From: a bacterium BMS3Abin06
GTDB taxonomy: Bacteria; Nitrospirota; Thermodesulfovibrionia; UBA6902
Assembly (NCBI GenBank): GCA_002897895.1
Contig: BDSY01000041.1
Coordinates: 36,276-100,275 of the forward strand
DNA: 64,000 nucleotides
Direction of reading: 5' to 3'
Of the stretch, positions 63,166 through 64,000 are shown one piece after another. The first letter of the stretch is position 1. Each line of letters begins with the position of its first letter. The notes under the pieces were generated by a model. That model ran no database searches. It was not told the DNA's origin and saw nothing but the letters and a program-made list of their open reading frames with translations. Position numbers and translations under genes: made by a program.

Positions 63166-64000
63166 ATGAACCTCTCAAAGAAAATCCTTTCAGACCCGGT
63201 AAATAACCGGGTCTTCTCAAATTTCAGAAAGGACATATTCCTTGTCGGCGGGTATTTACGCGATCTGCTTCGTGGACATATCAGCAAAGATAAGGATTTT
63301 GCCCTGAAAGGTGATATCAGGCAAATTGCCCTTGATGCTGCAAAAAAATTTAAGGGGACCTTCATTGAATTAAAGAAAAACCGGACCTGCCGGGTAGCAA
63401 TACGAAGCGGAGAGTTTATAGATTTTACATTCCTTGAAAATAACATCCTGGAAGACCTGCAAAAGCGCGATTTCACAGTTAATGCAATGGCGTGGTCCCC
63501 GGAGACTGGGCTCATTGATCCACTGAAAGGCGAATCAGACCTGAAGAACAGGACAATTAAGGTAGTTAACCCGGATAATCTCGTTGATGATCCCTTAAGG
63601 GTGCTCAGGGCCTATAGATTAGCGGCACAACTTGGATTTTCTATTGATAACAAGACAAGGTTATTCTTAAGAAAATACGCTGAATTAATAGTGAATGTCG
63701 CACCTGAAAGAATAACTGAAGAATTATTCAAGCTTCTCAATAACGAACAAGCTGCTTATTTGCTTCCTCTGTGCCATAAAGATAAAGTTCTCAATAAGGT
63801 TTTAGGGGTTAAGCATTTGAAATTTAATAATAATATTGATTTAATCAGAAAATTCGACCGGCTGATAATAAAATTTAAAAAAGAGAAAAAGAGAAAAATA
63901 CTGCATCTTTTAAAAGAAAATGTGAGTCAGGGATTGATTAGAGCAGGATTTATCAGATTGGCGATATTATTGATTAATGCCCGGTATATTGACAAAGACC
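63166..64000 (+). CDS. CCA-adding enzyme / poly(A) polymerase family nucleotidyltransferase (runs off window)
   Basis: Manual translation: FLVGGYLRDLL...KDKDF, DLQKRDFTVNAMA, DDPLRVLRAYR. Confidence 0.85.
   Translation, partial: MNLSKKILSDPVNNRVFSNFRKDIFLVGGYLRDLLRGHISKDKDFALKGDIRQIALDAAKKFKGTFIELKKNRTCRVAIRSGEFIDFTFLENNILEDLQKRDFTVNAMAWSPETGLIDPLKGESDLKNRTIKVVNPDNLVDDPLRVLRAYRLAAQLGFSIDNKTRLFLRKYAELIVNVAPERITEELFKLLNNEQAAYLLPLCHKDKVLNKVLGVKHLKFNNNIDLIRKFDRLIIKFKKEKKRKILHLLKENVSQGLIRAGFIRLAILLINARYIDKD

Noticed and set aside
63117-63515. Minus-strand 132-aa track ORF
   Set aside because: It is the antisense shadow of the plus-strand nucleotidyltransferase starting at 63166.

Overview
A chromosomal window of roughly 42% GC from an anaerobic bacterium; gene style suggests Nitrospirota/Thermodesulfovibrionia, which is inference only. 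Housekeeping blocks are pgsA-plsY-queC, pheA-hisC-aroF-tyrA-aroA, bioB-bioW, cspA and tRNA-Val-thrS-infC-rpmI-rplT-pheS-pheT-cca. They flank a long accessory region: SWIM/SNF2 helicase, copZ/copA, a pentaheme cytochrome, an ECF sigma/anti-sigma operon, an NAD-linked formate dehydrogenase, PilZ/FlhG/MCP, a glycosyltransferase/radical-SAM envelope cluster, and an ArsR-rhodanese-molybdoenzyme module. The ORF track misses several things. (1) There are two selenoproteins with in-frame UGA and SECIS-like hairpins: a UxxC glutaredoxin beside copZ, and FdhA. (2) thrS apparently starts at ATT and infC at ATA. (3) A TPR gene is broken by an A10 tract. (4) There is an integron-type attC site with no integrase in the window. 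(5) A collapsed four-helix-bundle gene lies between inverted heptamer arms, and similar short repeats occur between genes and in frame inside queC, copA and aroA. (6) There are several MITE/palindrome families and many gene remnants. The best candidate novel system is a signal-less single-chain fusion of a 4x[4Fe-4S] subunit and a Psr/Arr/Ttr-type Mo-bisPGD subunit, with Asp replacing an FS0 Cys, no membrane anchor, and a divergent rhodanese plus a CC-tailed ArsR.
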